DNA of 64,000 nucleotides, taken from the NCBI GenBank assembly GCA_051294905.1, contig CM119378.1, positions 28,334,001-28,398,000 of the forward strand, in the 5' to 3' direction. The position numbers and the translations under genes were made by a program. The notes beneath the pieces were generated by a model. It was given only the letters and a program-made list of their open reading frames with translations, did not search any database and had not been told where the DNA came from. Positions 39,188-57,224 of the stretch are shown here, in pieces. Within the stretch, counting starts at the first letter, position 1. Every line of letters begins with the position of its first letter. This DNA is from Botryllus schlosseri. Its lineage: Eukaryota.

Positions 39188-39343
39188 TTTGCTGTTTGTG
39201 ATCGGCGTCAAGCCGCAGATCCGATTTATAGTCGGGCGTATGCTAATGATGCGAGTAGCAAAAGCACGAAACGAGACAGCCGCGTCACGGATTTTTTAGG
39301 CGCGCGAAATAGCCGTCTCTCGTTTTATGTCACAACGTTGTGA

Positions 39344-39799
<456 letters not shown>

Positions 39800-40789
39800 G
39801 CGCATCGCAAAAGCCTTCATCATCACAAACGGCACTTTTCAGTGCCACCCGATCGAGCAGGTTTTATGAAATTGTATACACACTTACATGTCATTGCGCG
39901 CGCAGTATATTCATAAGACTGAGACTCGAGCGAGCCTAGAGTAGAGCGTTTTTAAAGCAATACTTGTATGGTTACGGCGATGTACATTGTCGAACAATTT
40001 TGATTTGGAATTGAATAGAATAGTGTTTACGGTGGCCAACTAGAATTAGACGCGCTCGACGGGTGGCGGGCGGTACGGCGGCGGCGCCGCCTTGATTGCT
40101 CAGCGGGTTTCTGTCACCGTTATTGCTTGCAAACGACTTGCTGAGGCGAGCGACGCAATACACAATTCCCAATACAGAAGCCGGTCTGCCTGATGCGTGA
40201 ATCAAAAAAGGCTGAGCGCACTCAGCCGCCTCTGTCAAGAGATACGTACCTTCAAATACAACCAAATACTCCAATGTCTGGTTCGTACGGAGCAGGGGCG
40301 TACTAGTACTTGGAGAGTCGTAAGTACTGGTGCGGGTAGAAAGGATCTCGTCTGTTACGTCTTACAGTTGGGACTTGCCGTCGCTTGGAATTTTGTTGCT
40401 CGGCACAATTCCGTTGTTCGCGCAAAGTTACAGTGTAAGTGTCGAGGTTCGGGTTCGACACGATTGGATAGTATTTACGGATGGATTGGCTGGAACAAAA
40501 GAAAACACATTTTCTGCATATCGAAAAAATGCTAACCCGTTGGCGCCCGCCCGACGAATGAGATCGTCCGATGCTACAGTCACAGTGCTACATCACAGAA
40601 CGACACTCGGTGTGGTATCGCCGACTACCTAAGCCTGTCGAAGCACGTATATATTACACTGTCGCTCGTGCAAGCAAAGGTTGGCAAAGCCGGAATTGCA
40701 CCGAATTTCAAGCGACGGGCGGTCGTTTTTAGACAGGCGCGAGTGCTGATAATTCTCCAACTCCTAGTAGTCCCCCTTGTCCGTTAAAT

Positions 40790-40861
40790 ATTCATCGGAG
40801 TATTTGGTTGTTATAAGGTTTGTATGCTTTTTCTTCTCTCGTTTGCCGAGTGCGCTCGGCT
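40790..40861 (+). ncRNA. Putative SL RNA gene, unit 3
   Basis: Same sequence as 29174-29245. Confidence 0.65.
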
Positions 40862-42383
40862 CTTTCACGACAAATGACAAGTAAACCCGGTCCGTTTGAT
40901 GTGGGGGGGGGGTAAACGGTGGGAGTAATTCCCGAGTGAACGCGGCGGGACGAAGCCCGTAACGCAACACACAGCACGACACATTTTCTTTGTCCCGGTC
41001 CGTATTGAGGCGCGTCGAGTCGCGTTTGTCGCGGGCGGACAGGGCTATCGCGGCGGGTGTTTTTTTTTGATTCGTACTCGTTCGGGTCGGATTCCGTCGC
41101 ATGTTTTGTTTGTGATTTTGTTGTGGGTAGTTGTGTGACCAGACGTGAGTGTTGACTGCAAAGTCGTTTTGCCAAGTGGGTCCGAGCCAGTATATACATT
41201 ACGTCAGATAACCCTAACCTTGGCCTTTGTAAATACTAGTCTGCTCAGATGTACGATTGGGATTCTTCGGCACACGGTTGTTCGGTTCGATTCAGATTCC
41301 GAACGGCATTATTCGGAGTAGACTGCGAGTAGCTGGGGGTCTCTCGCGTTTGCCCGCTCGCGCTCGCTCGTAGTTGGGGGGGGGGGGGGGGCAGGCGTGC
41401 ACAATGGCACGGGTACTCAAAAATGAATCGAGTAACAATTTTCAAGATTCGAATCGTGTAGTGATACATGACTTCATAGCGTACTGAAATTATACGATCT
41501 TGTCGCTAAGGGTTGAATTATAGTTTCGATGTAATTAGTTTTAAAACCTCGATTGGTCACGTGGCGGCATACGAAGCCGGGTGCGTCATTGTATATGAGA
41601 TATCTGTGAAGTCGTGGTCGAGCCGCGGCAACAGTGACAATGCATGCGCAATTAAATGGGTACGCTCGAAAATATGCCTGACCTGCCGCAATTACATTTA
41701 ATCCGATGCGAACACTCGACACGACTCGAAGCCCAATACACATTGTCGTCTACTTCTGACCCGGCGTTTCCGATATCTTATCGCTCTTTCAATTCAGAGT
41801 CCCAATTTCCGGTGCGGCGCTCGACGCTCAGGCTCTCGCTCTCCCCCGTGGCGAGCGACGGCCGATCAATGGGCTTTTGCCGCGCCGTAGTACTGGCTGG
41901 CGACGTGGCAGAACCGGGCTGCGTTCACCGCCTGACAGGTCTGAACTGCCCCTCGGATGAGCGCGGGTCCGATAGCGCTGCGGGTTTTGCTAGCTCCGCG
42001 AAACGCGGCTTTAGGAAGTAGAAGTGTTAATTTTGCACAGCTCGATCGAGCCGCCCCGCCGTCGAAAACCGGCCGTTTACGCAGCCGCGACGTCTCGCGC
42101 GGATCCGGAACGGGCGCGCCGGTCAGCGCGCGAACACGCTCCGCCCCGCGAACCGATTCGGATCGGTCGGCCACTTCCGGGGTCGTCGCCACGGCCCGGG
42201 TCACGACGAACACTAGCACAGAAAGCCGTGCCCCGACCGGCGTCGGCCGTCGCCGAGAGCTTTATCGTTTCGTTCGCGTCTGCTCGTTCGGCGGACGTTG
42301 GTTATATAGTAATTTGCGCCTTTTCTCGACTTCTACAACAACTGCAGAAATATTCACCGTTCTATTTGTACGTACAAAGCACG

Positions 42384-42917
42384 ATGTCAGCCGCCAAGAA
42401 AACTACGACGACGCCGAGTCACGCTCCTTTCAAGGACATGATCGTCGCCGCCATCAGGAAGCTGGGCGACAAGAAAGGCTCCTCGCGCCAAGCCATCAAG
42501 AAGCACGTTTTGAGCAGCAACAAAGTCACCGAGCAGTCGACTAAAACCAACCTGAACCGGACTCTCGCAAAAATGCTCGCGTCCGGCCAGCTCGTCCACC
42601 CGAAGAACAGCACGGGACGGTACAAGCTCGCCGCTCCGAAGGCCCCGGCCCAGCAGGCAGCCAAAAAGAAGACCGTCGTCGCCAAGAAGAAACCGGCCGC
42701 CAAGAAGGCCGCCGTCGGCAAGGAATCGACCAAAAAAACTGCGGCCAAAAAGCCCAAACCGAAGAAGACTCCCGTCAAGAAAGCAGCGGCCAAGAAATCG
42801 GCCACGGTCAAGAAGAGCGCCGCCAAAAAGCCGGCTTCCAAGAGACCCGCTTCGAAAAAGTCGCCGAAGAAAGTCGTCAAGAAGGCTGCCAAAAAGACCT
42901 CAGCCAAGAAGAAGTAA
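42384..42917 (+). CDS. H1: Histone H1 (unit 3)
   Basis: Same protein as unit 1. Confidence 0.96.
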   Translation: MSAAKKTTTTPSHAPFKDMIVAAIRKLGDKKGSSRQAIKKHVLSSNKVTEQSTKTNLNRTLAKMLASGQLVHPKNSTGRYKLAAPKAPAQQAAKKKTVVAKKKPAAKKAAVGKESTKKTAAKKPKPKKTPVKKAAAKKSATVKKSAAKKPASKRPASKKSPKKVVKKAAKKTSAKKK

Positions 42918-43236
42918 AAGCTTGCGTGTCGCCAACACCACCGCTATTAACGGCTCTTTTCAGGGCCATCCAAAGTTGATGTTTACGCGTATAGAGTACG
43001 GGCCGACTGTCGCAATATCGCGACGGCGAGACTCGTATTTACAAACTACCCATTGAGTTAGTCGAGCGGTTGTACAAGTCGGGTGATTTATTGGAAAACT
43101 GATCGGGGTCTGTTTACTGGTCAGTAGTATAATTATGTACTATACGACCGACCAAAATATTCTCTACACAGTTTCAACAAGTTCGGGTGGCTCTGAAAAG
43201 AGCCGTTGTTGTCTTGTGATCGCAGTAGCGAGTCGC

Positions 43237-43560
<324 letters not shown>

Positions 43561-43720
43561 TTACTGAAATTTTCAAACGTAAAATTACAGTAAGGTATCA
43601 CTTTCAGCAACGAATGATATGCGCCGCCACTCAACGCATTATGTCAACGTCGCCAGCGGACGTTCACGAAACGCTTTAACGCGCCAAATTCGACGGCCGA
43701 GTATAAATAGCCTTGCGTGA

Positions 43721-44209
<489 letters not shown>

Positions 44210-44635
44210 GCTGCCGGCGATTAGCACGACGCAAAAGAAACGGCTCTTTTCAGAGCCACCCGAACTATACGGTATCGAGAGAGCTTAGAATGGGCGCGCT
44301 GCTTTCAGTTTTATAATTATTGTCATCGCGGCATGTTGCCTTCCGCAGCGTCCGTTTCACAGCGCGCGCACTACTTTGTAATACACAAACCAGTCTGGAA
44401 GATTCGCATCCCACGAACCTCTAACAGCAGATAAGCTACCCATGTAATACACGAACCCGTCTCGTTCATCGCACCGCAGGTACCGGAAACGCAACTTACC
44501 ACCTAGCGTAAATAACAGAGTACGGCATAACAACTGAACTGATAACGCTCGCGAGAGCAAGCAATCAAAACGCACAAGAGCGGGTGGCCCTTACAAGGGC
44601 CGTTGTTGTCGATTTTCGGCGTCGAGCACAACCAT

Positions 44636-44995
44636 CTACTTAGAGCTGGTGTACTTGGTGACGGCTTTGGTGCCTTCAGACACGGCGTGCTTGGCCAGTT
44701 CGCCGGGCAGCAAGAGCCTGACGGCGGTCTGGATCTCGCGGCTGCTGATGGTCGAGCGCTTGTTGTAGTGGGCGAGACGAGACGACTCGCTGGCGATCCT
44801 CTCGAACACGTCGTTGACGAACGAGTTCATGATGCTCATGGCCTTGCTGGAGATTCCAGTATCGGGATGAACCTGCTTCAACACCTTGTAGATGTAGATG
44901 CTGAAGCTTTCCTTTCGCCTCGACTTTCTTTTCTTCTTGCCATCTTTCGGCGTTTGCTTTTTCACCAACTTCTTGCTTCCCTTAGACGCGACCAT
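44636..44995 (-). CDS. H2B: Histone H2B (unit 3)
   Basis: Same protein as unit 1. Confidence 0.98.
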   Translation of the reverse strand: MVASKGSKKLVKKQTPKDGKKKRKSRRKESFSIYIYKVLKQVHPDTGISSKAMSIMNSFVNDVFERIASESSRLAHYNKRSTISSREIQTAVRLLLPGELAKHAVSEGTKAVTKYTSSK

Positions 44996-45151
44996 TTTGC
45001 TGTTTGTGATCGGCGTCAAGCCGCAGATCCGATTTATAGTCGGGCGTATGCTAATGATGCGAGTAGCAAAAGCACGAAACGAGACAGCCGCGTCACGGAT
45101 TTTTTAGGCGCGCGAAATAGCCGTCTCTCGTTTTATGTCACAACGTTGTGA

Positions 45152-45607
<456 letters not shown>

Positions 45608-46597
45608 GCGCATCGCAAAAGCCTTCATCATCACAAACGGCACTTTTCAGTGCCACCCGATCGAGCAGGTTTTATGAAATTGTATACACACTTACATGTC
45701 ATTGCGCGCGCAGTATATTCATAAGACTGAGACTCGAGCGAGCCTAGAGTAGAGCGTTTTTAAAGCAATACTTGTATGGTTACGGCGATGTACATTGTCG
45801 AACAATTTTGATTTGGAATTGAATAGAATAGTGTTTACGGTGGCCAACTAGAATTAGACGCGCTCGACGGGTGGCGGGCGGTACGGCGGCGGCGCCGCCT
45901 TGATTGCTCAGCGGGTTTCTGTCACCGTTATTGCTTGCAAACGACTTGCTGAGGCGAGCGACGCAATACACAATTCCCAATACAGAAGCCGGTCTGCCTG
46001 ATGCGTGAATCAAAAAAGGCTGAGCGCACTCAGCCGCCTCTGTCAAGAGATACGTACCTTCAAATACAACCAAATACTCCAATGTCTGGTTCGTACGGAG
46101 CAGGGGCGTACTAGTACTTGGAGAGTCGTAAGTACTGGTGCGGGTAGAAAGGATCTCGTCTGTTACGTCTTACAGTTGGGACTTGCCGTCGCTTGGAATT
46201 TTGTTGCTCGGCACAATTCCGTTGTTCGCGCAAAGTTACAGTGTAAGTGTCGAGGTTCGGGTTCGACACGATTGGATAGTATTTACGGATGGATTGGCTG
46301 GAACAAAAGAAAACACATTTTCTGCATATCGAAAAAATGCTAACCCGTTGGCGCCCGCCCGACGAATGAGATCGTCCGATGCTACAGTCACAGTGCTACA
46401 TCACAGAACGACACTCGGTGTGGTATCGCCGACTACCTAAGCCTGTCGAAGCACGTATATATTACACTGTCGCTCGTGCAAGCAAAGGTTGGCAAAGCCG
46501 GAATTGCACCGAATTTCAAGCGACGGGCGGTCGTTTTTAGACAGGCGCGAGTGCTGATAATTCTCCAACTCCTAGTAGTCCCCCTTGTCCGTTAAAT

Positions 46598-46669
46598 ATT
46601 CATCGGAGTATTTGGTTGTTATAAGGTTTGTATGCTTTTTCTTCTCTCGTTTGCCGAGTGCGCTCGGCT
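46598..46669 (+). ncRNA. Putative SL RNA gene, unit 4
   Basis: Same sequence as 29174-29245. Confidence 0.65.
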
Positions 46670-48191
46670 CTTTCACGACAAATGACAAGTAAACCCGGTC
46701 CGTTTGATGTGGGGGGGGGGTAAACGGTGGGAGTAATTCCCGAGTGAACGCGGCGGGACGAAGCCCGTAACGCAACACACAGCACGACACATTTTCTTTG
46801 TCCCGGTCCGTATTGAGGCGCGTCGAGTCGCGTTTGTCGCGGGCGGACAGGGCTATCGCGGCGGGTGTTTTTTTTTGATTCGTACTCGTTCGGGTCGGAT
46901 TCCGTCGCATGTTTTGTTTGTGATTTTGTTGTGGGTAGTTGTGTGACCAGACGTGAGTGTTGACTGCAAAGTCGTTTTGCCAAGTGGGTCCGAGCCAGTA
47001 TATACATTACGTCAGATAACCCTAACCTTGGCCTTTGTAAATACTAGTCTGCTCAGATGTACGATTGGGATTCTTCGGCACACGGTTGTTCGGTTCGATT
47101 CAGATTCCGAACGGCATTATTCGGAGTAGACTGCGAGTAGCTGGGGGTCTCTCGCGTTTGCCCGCTCGCGCTCGCTCGTAGTTGGGGGGGGGGGGGGGGC
47201 AGGCGTGCACAATGGCACGGGTACTCAAAAATGAATCGAGTAACAATTTTCAAGATTCGAATCGTGTAGTGATACATGACTTCATAGCGTACTGAAATTA
47301 TACGATCTTGTCGCTAAGGGTTGAATTATAGTTTCGATGTAATTAGTTTTAAAACCTCGATTGGTCACGTGGCGGCATACGAAGCCGGGTGCGTCATTGT
47401 ATATGAGATATCTGTGAAGTCGTGGTCGAGCCGCGGCAACAGTGACAATGCATGCGCAATTAAATGGGTACGCTCGAAAATATGCCTGACCTGCCGCAAT
47501 TACATTTAATCCGATGCGAACACTCGACACGACTCGAAGCCCAATACACATTGTCGTCTACTTCTGACCCGGCGTTTCCGATATCTTATCGCTCTTTCAA
47601 TTCAGAGTCCCAATTTCCGGTGCGGCGCTCGACGCTCAGGCTCTCGCTCTCCCCCGTGGCGAGCGACGGCCGATCAATGGGCTTTTGCCGCGCCGTAGTA
47701 CTGGCTGGCGACGTGGCAGAACCGGGCTGCGTTCACCGCCTGACAGGTCTGAACTGCCCCTCGGATGAGCGCGGGTCCGATAGCGCTGCGGGTTTTGCTA
47801 GCTCCGCGAAACGCGGCTTTAGGAAGTAGAAGTGTTAATTTTGCACAGCTCGATCGAGCCGCCCCGCCGTCGAAAACCGGCCGTTTACGCAGCCGCGACG
47901 TCTCGCGCGGATCCGGAACGGGCGCGCCGGTCAGCGCGCGAACACGCTCCGCCCCGCGAACCGATTCGGATCGGTCGGCCACTTCCGGGGTCGTCGCCAC
48001 GGCCCGGGTCACGACGAACACTAGCACAGAAAGCCGTGCCCCGACCGGCGTCGGCCGTCGCCGAGAGCTTTATCGTTTCGTTCGCGTCTGCTCGTTCGGC
48101 GGACGTTGGTTATATAGTAATTTGCGCCTTTTCTCGACTTCTACAACAACTGCAGAAATATTCACCGTTCTATTTGTACGTACAAAGCACG

Positions 48192-48725
48192 ATGTCAGCC
48201 GCCAAGAAAACTACGACGACGCCGAGTCACGCTCCTTTCAAGGACATGATCGTCGCCGCCATCAGGAAGCTGGGCGACAAGAAAGGCTCCTCGCGCCAAG
48301 CCATCAAGAAGCACGTTTTGAGCAGCAACAAAGTCACCGAGCAGTCGACTAAAACCAACCTGAACCGGACTCTCGCAAAAATGCTCGCGTCCGGCCAGCT
48401 CGTCCACCCGAAGAACAGCACGGGACGGTACAAGCTCGCCGCTCCGAAGGCCCCGGCCCAGCAGGCAGCCAAAAAGAAGACCGTCGTCGCCAAGAAGAAA
48501 CCGGCCGCCAAGAAGGCCGCCGTCGGCAAGGAATCGACCAAAAAAACTGCGGCCAAAAAGCCCAAACCGAAGAAGACTCCCGTCAAGAAAGCAGCGGCCA
48601 AGAAATCGGCCACGGTCAAGAAGAGCGCCGCCAAAAAGCCGGCTTCCAAGAGACCCGCTTCGAAAAAGTCGCCGAAGAAAGTCGTCAAGAAGGCTGCCAA
48701 AAAGACCTCAGCCAAGAAGAAGTAA
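48192..48725 (+). CDS. H1: Histone H1 (unit 4)
   Basis: Same protein as unit 1. Confidence 0.96.
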   Translation: MSAAKKTTTTPSHAPFKDMIVAAIRKLGDKKGSSRQAIKKHVLSSNKVTEQSTKTNLNRTLAKMLASGQLVHPKNSTGRYKLAAPKAPAQQAAKKKTVVAKKKPAAKKAAVGKESTKKTAAKKPKPKKTPVKKAAAKKSATVKKSAAKKPASKRPASKKSPKKVVKKAAKKTSAKKK

Positions 48726-49044
48726 AAGCTTGCGTGTCGCCAACACCACCGCTATTAACGGCTCTTTTCAGGGCCATCCAAAGTTGATGTTTACGCGTAT
48801 AGAGTACGGGCCGACTGTCGCAATATCGCGACGGCGAGACTCGTATTTACAAACTACCCATTGAGTTAGTCGAGCGGTTGTACAAGTCGGGTGATTTATT
48901 GGAAAACTGATCGGGGTCTGTTTACTGGTCAGTAGTATAATTATGTACTATACGACCGACCAAAATATTCTCTACACAGTTTCAACAAGTTCGGGTGGCT
49001 CTGAAAAGAGCCGTTGTTGTCTTGTGATCGCAGTAGCGAGTCGC

Positions 49045-49368
<324 letters not shown>

Positions 49369-49528
49369 TTACTGAAATTTTCAAACGTAAAATTACAGTA
49401 AGGTATCACTTTCAGCAACGAATGATATGCGCCGCCACTCAACGCATTATGTCAACGTCGCCAGCGGACGTTCACGAAACGCTTTAACGCGCCAAATTCG
49501 ACGGCCGAGTATAAATAGCCTTGCGTGA

Positions 49529-50017
<489 letters not shown>

Positions 50018-50443
50018 GCTGCCGGCGATTAGCACGACGCAAAAGAAACGGCTCTTTTCAGAGCCACCCGAACTATACGGTATCGAGAGAGCTTAGAATG
50101 GGCGCGCTGCTTTCAGTTTTATAATTATTGTCATCGCGGCATGTTGCCTTCCGCAGCGTCCGTTTCACAGCGCGCGCACTACTTTGTAATACACAAACCA
50201 GTCTGGAAGATTCGCATCCCACGAACCTCTAACAGCAGATAAGCTACCCATGTAATACACGAACCCGTCTCGTTCATCGCACCGCAGGTACCGGAAACGC
50301 AACTTACCACCTAGCGTAAATAACAGAGTACGGCATAACAACTGAACTGATAACGCTCGCGAGAGCAAGCAATCAAAACGCACAAGAGCGGGTGGCCCTT
50401 ACAAGGGCCGTTGTTGTCGATTTTCGGCGTCGAGCACAACCAT

Positions 50444-50803
50444 CTACTTAGAGCTGGTGTACTTGGTGACGGCTTTGGTGCCTTCAGACACGGCGTGCTT
50501 GGCCAGTTCGCCGGGCAGCAAGAGCCTGACGGCGGTCTGGATCTCGCGGCTGCTGATGGTCGAGCGCTTGTTGTAGTGGGCGAGACGAGACGACTCGCTG
50601 GCGATCCTCTCGAACACGTCGTTGACGAACGAGTTCATGATGCTCATGGCCTTGCTGGAGATTCCAGTATCGGGATGAACCTGCTTCAACACCTTGTAGA
50701 TGTAGATGCTGAAGCTTTCCTTTCGCCTCGACTTTCTTTTCTTCTTGCCATCTTTCGGCGTTTGCTTTTTCACCAACTTCTTGCTTCCCTTAGACGCGAC
50801 CAT
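50444..50803 (-). CDS. H2B: Histone H2B (unit 4)
   Basis: Same protein as unit 1. Confidence 0.98.
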   Translation of the reverse strand: MVASKGSKKLVKKQTPKDGKKKRKSRRKESFSIYIYKVLKQVHPDTGISSKAMSIMNSFVNDVFERIASESSRLAHYNKRSTISSREIQTAVRLLLPGELAKHAVSEGTKAVTKYTSSK

Positions 50804-50959
50804 TTTGCTGTTTGTGATCGGCGTCAAGCCGCAGATCCGATTTATAGTCGGGCGTATGCTAATGATGCGAGTAGCAAAAGCACGAAACGAGACAGCCGCG
50901 TCACGGATTTTTTAGGCGCGCGAAATAGCCGTCTCTCGTTTTATGTCACAACGTTGTGA

Positions 50960-51415
<456 letters not shown>

Positions 51416-52405
51416 GCGCATCGCAAAAGCCTTCATCATCACAAACGGCACTTTTCAGTGCCACCCGATCGAGCAGGTTTTATGAAATTGTATACACACT
51501 TACATGTCATTGCGCGCGCAGTATATTCATAAGACTGAGACTCGAGCGAGCCTAGAGTAGAGCGTTTTTAAAGCAATACTTGTATGGTTACGGCGATGTA
51601 CATTGTCGAACAATTTTGATTTGGAATTGAATAGAATAGTGTTTACGGTGGCCAACTAGAATTAGACGCGCTCGACGGGTGGCGGGCGGTACGGCGGCGG
51701 CGCCGCCTTGATTGCTCAGCGGGTTTCTGTCACCGTTATTGCTTGCAAACGACTTGCTGAGGCGAGCGACGCAATACACAATTCCCAATACAGAAGCCGG
51801 TCTGCCTGATGCGTGAATCAAAAAAGGCTGAGCGCACTCAGCCGCCTCTGTCAAGAGATACGTACCTTCAAATACAACCAAATACTCCAATGTCTGGTTC
51901 GTACGGAGCAGGGGCGTACTAGTACTTGGAGAGTCGTAAGTACTGGTGCGGGTAGAAAGGATCTCGTCTGTTACGTCTTACAGTTGGGACTTGCCGTCGC
52001 TTGGAATTTTGTTGCTCGGCACAATTCCGTTGTTCGCGCAAAGTTACAGTGTAAGTGTCGAGGTTCGGGTTCGACACGATTGGATAGTATTTACGGATGG
52101 ATTGGCTGGAACAAAAGAAAACACATTTTCTGCATATCGAAAAAATGCTAACCCGTTGGCGCCCGCCCGACGAATGAGATCGTCCGATGCTACAGTCACA
52201 GTGCTACATCACAGAACGACACTCGGTGTGGTATCGCCGACTACCTAAGCCTGTCGAAGCACGTATATATTACACTGTCGCTCGTGCAAGCAAAGGTTGG
52301 CAAAGCCGGAATTGCACCGAATTTCAAGCGACGGGCGGTCGTTTTTAGACAGGCGCGAGTGCTGATAATTCTCCAACTCCTAGTAGTCCCCCTTGTCCGT
52401 TAAAT

Positions 52406-52477
52406 ATTCATCGGAGTATTTGGTTGTTATAAGGTTTGTATGCTTTTTCTTCTCTCGTTTGCCGAGTGCGCTCGGCT
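52406..52477 (+). ncRNA. Putative SL RNA gene, unit 5
   Basis: Same sequence as 29174-29245. Confidence 0.65.
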
Positions 52478-54000
52478 CTTTCACGACAAATGACAAGTAA
52501 ACCCGGTCCGTTTGATGTGGGGGGGGGGTAAACGGTGGGAGTAATTCCCGAGTGAACGCGGCGGGACGAAGCCCGTAACGCAACACACAGCACGACACAT
52601 TTTCTTTGTCCCGGTCCGTATTGAGGCGCGTCGAGTCGCGTTTGTCGCGGGCGGACAGGGCTATCGCGGCGGGTGTTTTTTTTTGATTCGTACTCGTTCG
52701 GGTCGGATTCCGTCGCATGTTTTGTTTGTGATTTTGTTGTGGGTAGTTGTGTGACCAGACGTGAGTGTTGACTGCAAAGTCGTTTTGCCAAGTGGGTCCG
52801 AGCCAGTATATACATTACGTCAGATAACCCTAACCTTGGCCTTTGTAAATACTAGTCTGCTCAGATGTACGATTGGGATTCTTCGGCACACGGTTGTTCG
52901 GTTCGATTCAGATTCCGAACGGCATTATTCGGAGTAGACTGCGAGTAGCTGGGGGTCTCTCGCGTTTGCCCGCTCGCGCTCGCTCGTAGTTGGGGGGGGG
53001 GGGGGGGGCAGGCGTGCACAATGGCACGGGTACTCAAAAATGAATCGAGTAACAATTTTCAAGATTCGAATCGTGTAGTGATACATGACTTCATAGCGTA
53101 CTGAAATTATACGATCTTGTCGCTAAGGGTTGAATTATAGTTTCGATGTAATTAGTTTTAAAACCTCGATTGGTCACGTGGCGGCATACGAAGCCGGGTG
53201 CGTCATTGTATATGAGATATCTGTGAAGTCGTGGTCGAGCCGCGGCAACAGTGACAATGCATGCGCAATTAAATGGGTACGCTCGAAAATATGCCTGACC
53301 TGCCGCAATTACATTTAATCCGATGCGAACACTCGACACGACTCGAAGCCCAATACACATTGTCGTCTACTTCTGACCCGGCGTTTCCGATATCTTATCG
53401 CTCTTTCAATTCAGAGTCCCAATTTCCGGTGCGGCGCTCGACGCTCAGGCTCTCGCTCTCCCCCGTGGCGAGCGACGGCCGATCAATGGGCTTTTGCCGC
53501 GCCGTAGTACTGGCTGGCGACGTGGCAGAACCGGGCTGCGTTCACCGCCTGACAGGTCTGAACTGCCCCTCGGATGAGCGCGGGTCCGATAGCGCTGCGG
53601 GTTTTGCTAGCTCCGCGAAACGCGGCTTTAGGAAGTAGAAGTGTTAATTTTGCACAGCTCGATCGAGCCGCCCCGCCGTCGAAAACCGGCCGTTTACGCA
53701 GCCGCGACGTCTCGCGCGGATCCGGAACGGGCGCGCCGGTCAGCGCGCGAACACGCTCCGCCCCGCGAACCGATTCGGATCGGTCGGCCACTTCCGGGGT
53801 CGTCGCCACGGCCCGGGTCACGACGAACACTAGCACAGAAAGCCGTGCCCCGACCGGCGTCGGCCGTCGCCGAGAGCTTTATCGTTTCGTTCGCGTCTGC
53901 TCGTTCGGCGGACGTTGGTTATATAGTAATTTGCGCCTTTTCTCGACTTCTACAACAACTGCAGAAATATTCACCGTTCTATTTGTACGTACAAAGCACG

Positions 54001-54534
54001 ATGTCAGCCGCCAAGAAAACTACGACGACGCCGAGTCACGCTCCTTTCAAGGACATGATCGTCGCCGCCATCAGGAAGCTGGGCGACAAGAAAGGCTCCT
54101 CGCGCCAAGCCATCAAGAAGCACGTTTTGAGCAGCAACAAAGTCACCGAGCAGTCGACTAAAACCAACCTGAACCGGACTCTCGCAAAAATGCTCGCGTC
54201 CGGCCAGCTCGTCCACCCGAAGAACAGCACGGGACGGTACAAGCTCGCCGCTCCGAAGGCCCCGGCCCAGCAGGCAGCCAAAAAGAAGACCGTCGTCGCC
54301 AAGAAGAAACCGGCCGCCAAGAAGGCCGCCGTCGGCAAGGAATCGACCAAAAAAACTGCGGCCAAAAAGCCCAAACCGAAGAAGACTCCCGTCAAGAAAG
54401 CAGCGGCCAAGAAATCGGCCACGGTCAAGAAGAGCGCCGCCAAAAAGCCGGCTTCCAAGAGACCCGCTTCGAAAAAGTCGCCGAAGAAAGTCGTCAAGAA
54501 GGCTGCCAAAAAGACCTCAGCCAAGAAGAAGTAA
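54001..54534 (+). CDS. H1: Histone H1 (unit 5)
   Basis: Same protein as unit 1. Confidence 0.96.
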   Translation: MSAAKKTTTTPSHAPFKDMIVAAIRKLGDKKGSSRQAIKKHVLSSNKVTEQSTKTNLNRTLAKMLASGQLVHPKNSTGRYKLAAPKAPAQQAAKKKTVVAKKKPAAKKAAVGKESTKKTAAKKPKPKKTPVKKAAAKKSATVKKSAAKKPASKRPASKKSPKKVVKKAAKKTSAKKK

Positions 54535-54853
54535 AAGCTTGCGTGTCGCCAACACCACCGCTATTAACGGCTCTTTTCAGGGCCATCCAAAGTTGATGTT
54601 TACGCGTATAGAGTACGGGCCGACTGTCGCAATATCGCGACGGCGAGACTCGTATTTACAAACTACCCATTGAGTTAGTCGAGCGGTTGTACAAGTCGGG
54701 TGATTTATTGGAAAACTGATCGGGGTCTGTTTACTGGTCAGTAGTATAATTATGTACTATACGACCGACCAAAATATTCTCTACACAGTTTCAACAAGTT
54801 CGGGTGGCTCTGAAAAGAGCCGTTGTTGTCTTGTGATCGCAGTAGCGAGTCGC

Positions 54854-55177
<324 letters not shown>

Positions 55178-55337
55178 TTACTGAAATTTTCAAACGTAAA
55201 ATTACAGTAAGGTATCACTTTCAGCAACGAATGATATGCGCCGCCACTCAACGCATTATGTCAACGTCGCCAGCGGACGTTCACGAAACGCTTTAACGCG
55301 CCAAATTCGACGGCCGAGTATAAATAGCCTTGCGTGA

Positions 55338-55826
<489 letters not shown>

Positions 55827-56252
55827 GCTGCCGGCGATTAGCACGACGCAAAAGAAACGGCTCTTTTCAGAGCCACCCGAACTATACGGTATCGAGAGAG
55901 CTTAGAATGGGCGCGCTGCTTTCAGTTTTATAATTATTGTCATCGCGGCATGTTGCCTTCCGCAGCGTCCGTTTCACAGCGCGCGCACTACTTTGTAATA
56001 CACAAACCAGTCTGGAAGATTCGCATCCCACGAACCTCTAACAGCAGATAAGCTACCCATGTAATACACGAACCCGTCTCGTTCATCGCACCGCAGGTAC
56101 CGGAAACGCAACTTACCACCTAGCGTAAATAACAGAGTACGGCATAACAACTGAACTGATAACGCTCGCGAGAGCAAGCAATCAAAACGCACAAGAGCGG
56201 GTGGCCCTTACAAGGGCCGTTGTTGTCGATTTTCGGCGTCGAGCACAACCAT

Positions 56253-56612
56253 CTACTTAGAGCTGGTGTACTTGGTGACGGCTTTGGTGCCTTCAGACAC
56301 GGCGTGCTTGGCCAGTTCGCCGGGCAGCAAGAGCCTGACGGCGGTCTGGATCTCGCGGCTGCTGATGGTCGAGCGCTTGTTGTAGTGGGCGAGACGAGAC
56401 GACTCGCTGGCGATCCTCTCGAACACGTCGTTGACGAACGAGTTCATGATGCTCATGGCCTTGCTGGAGATTCCAGTATCGGGATGAACCTGCTTCAACA
56501 CCTTGTAGATGTAGATGCTGAAGCTTTCCTTTCGCCTCGACTTTCTTTTCTTCTTGCCATCTTTCGGCGTTTGCTTTTTCACCAACTTCTTGCTTCCCTT
56601 AGACGCGACCAT
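56253..56612 (-). CDS. H2B: Histone H2B (unit 5)
   Basis: Same protein as unit 1. Confidence 0.98.
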   Translation of the reverse strand: MVASKGSKKLVKKQTPKDGKKKRKSRRKESFSIYIYKVLKQVHPDTGISSKAMSIMNSFVNDVFERIASESSRLAHYNKRSTISSREIQTAVRLLLPGELAKHAVSEGTKAVTKYTSSK

Positions 56613-56768
56613 TTTGCTGTTTGTGATCGGCGTCAAGCCGCAGATCCGATTTATAGTCGGGCGTATGCTAATGATGCGAGTAGCAAAAGCACGAAACGAG
56701 ACAGCCGCGTCACGGATTTTTTAGGCGCGCGAAATAGCCGTCTCTCGTTTTATGTCACAACGTTGTGA

Positions 56769-57224
<456 letters not shown>
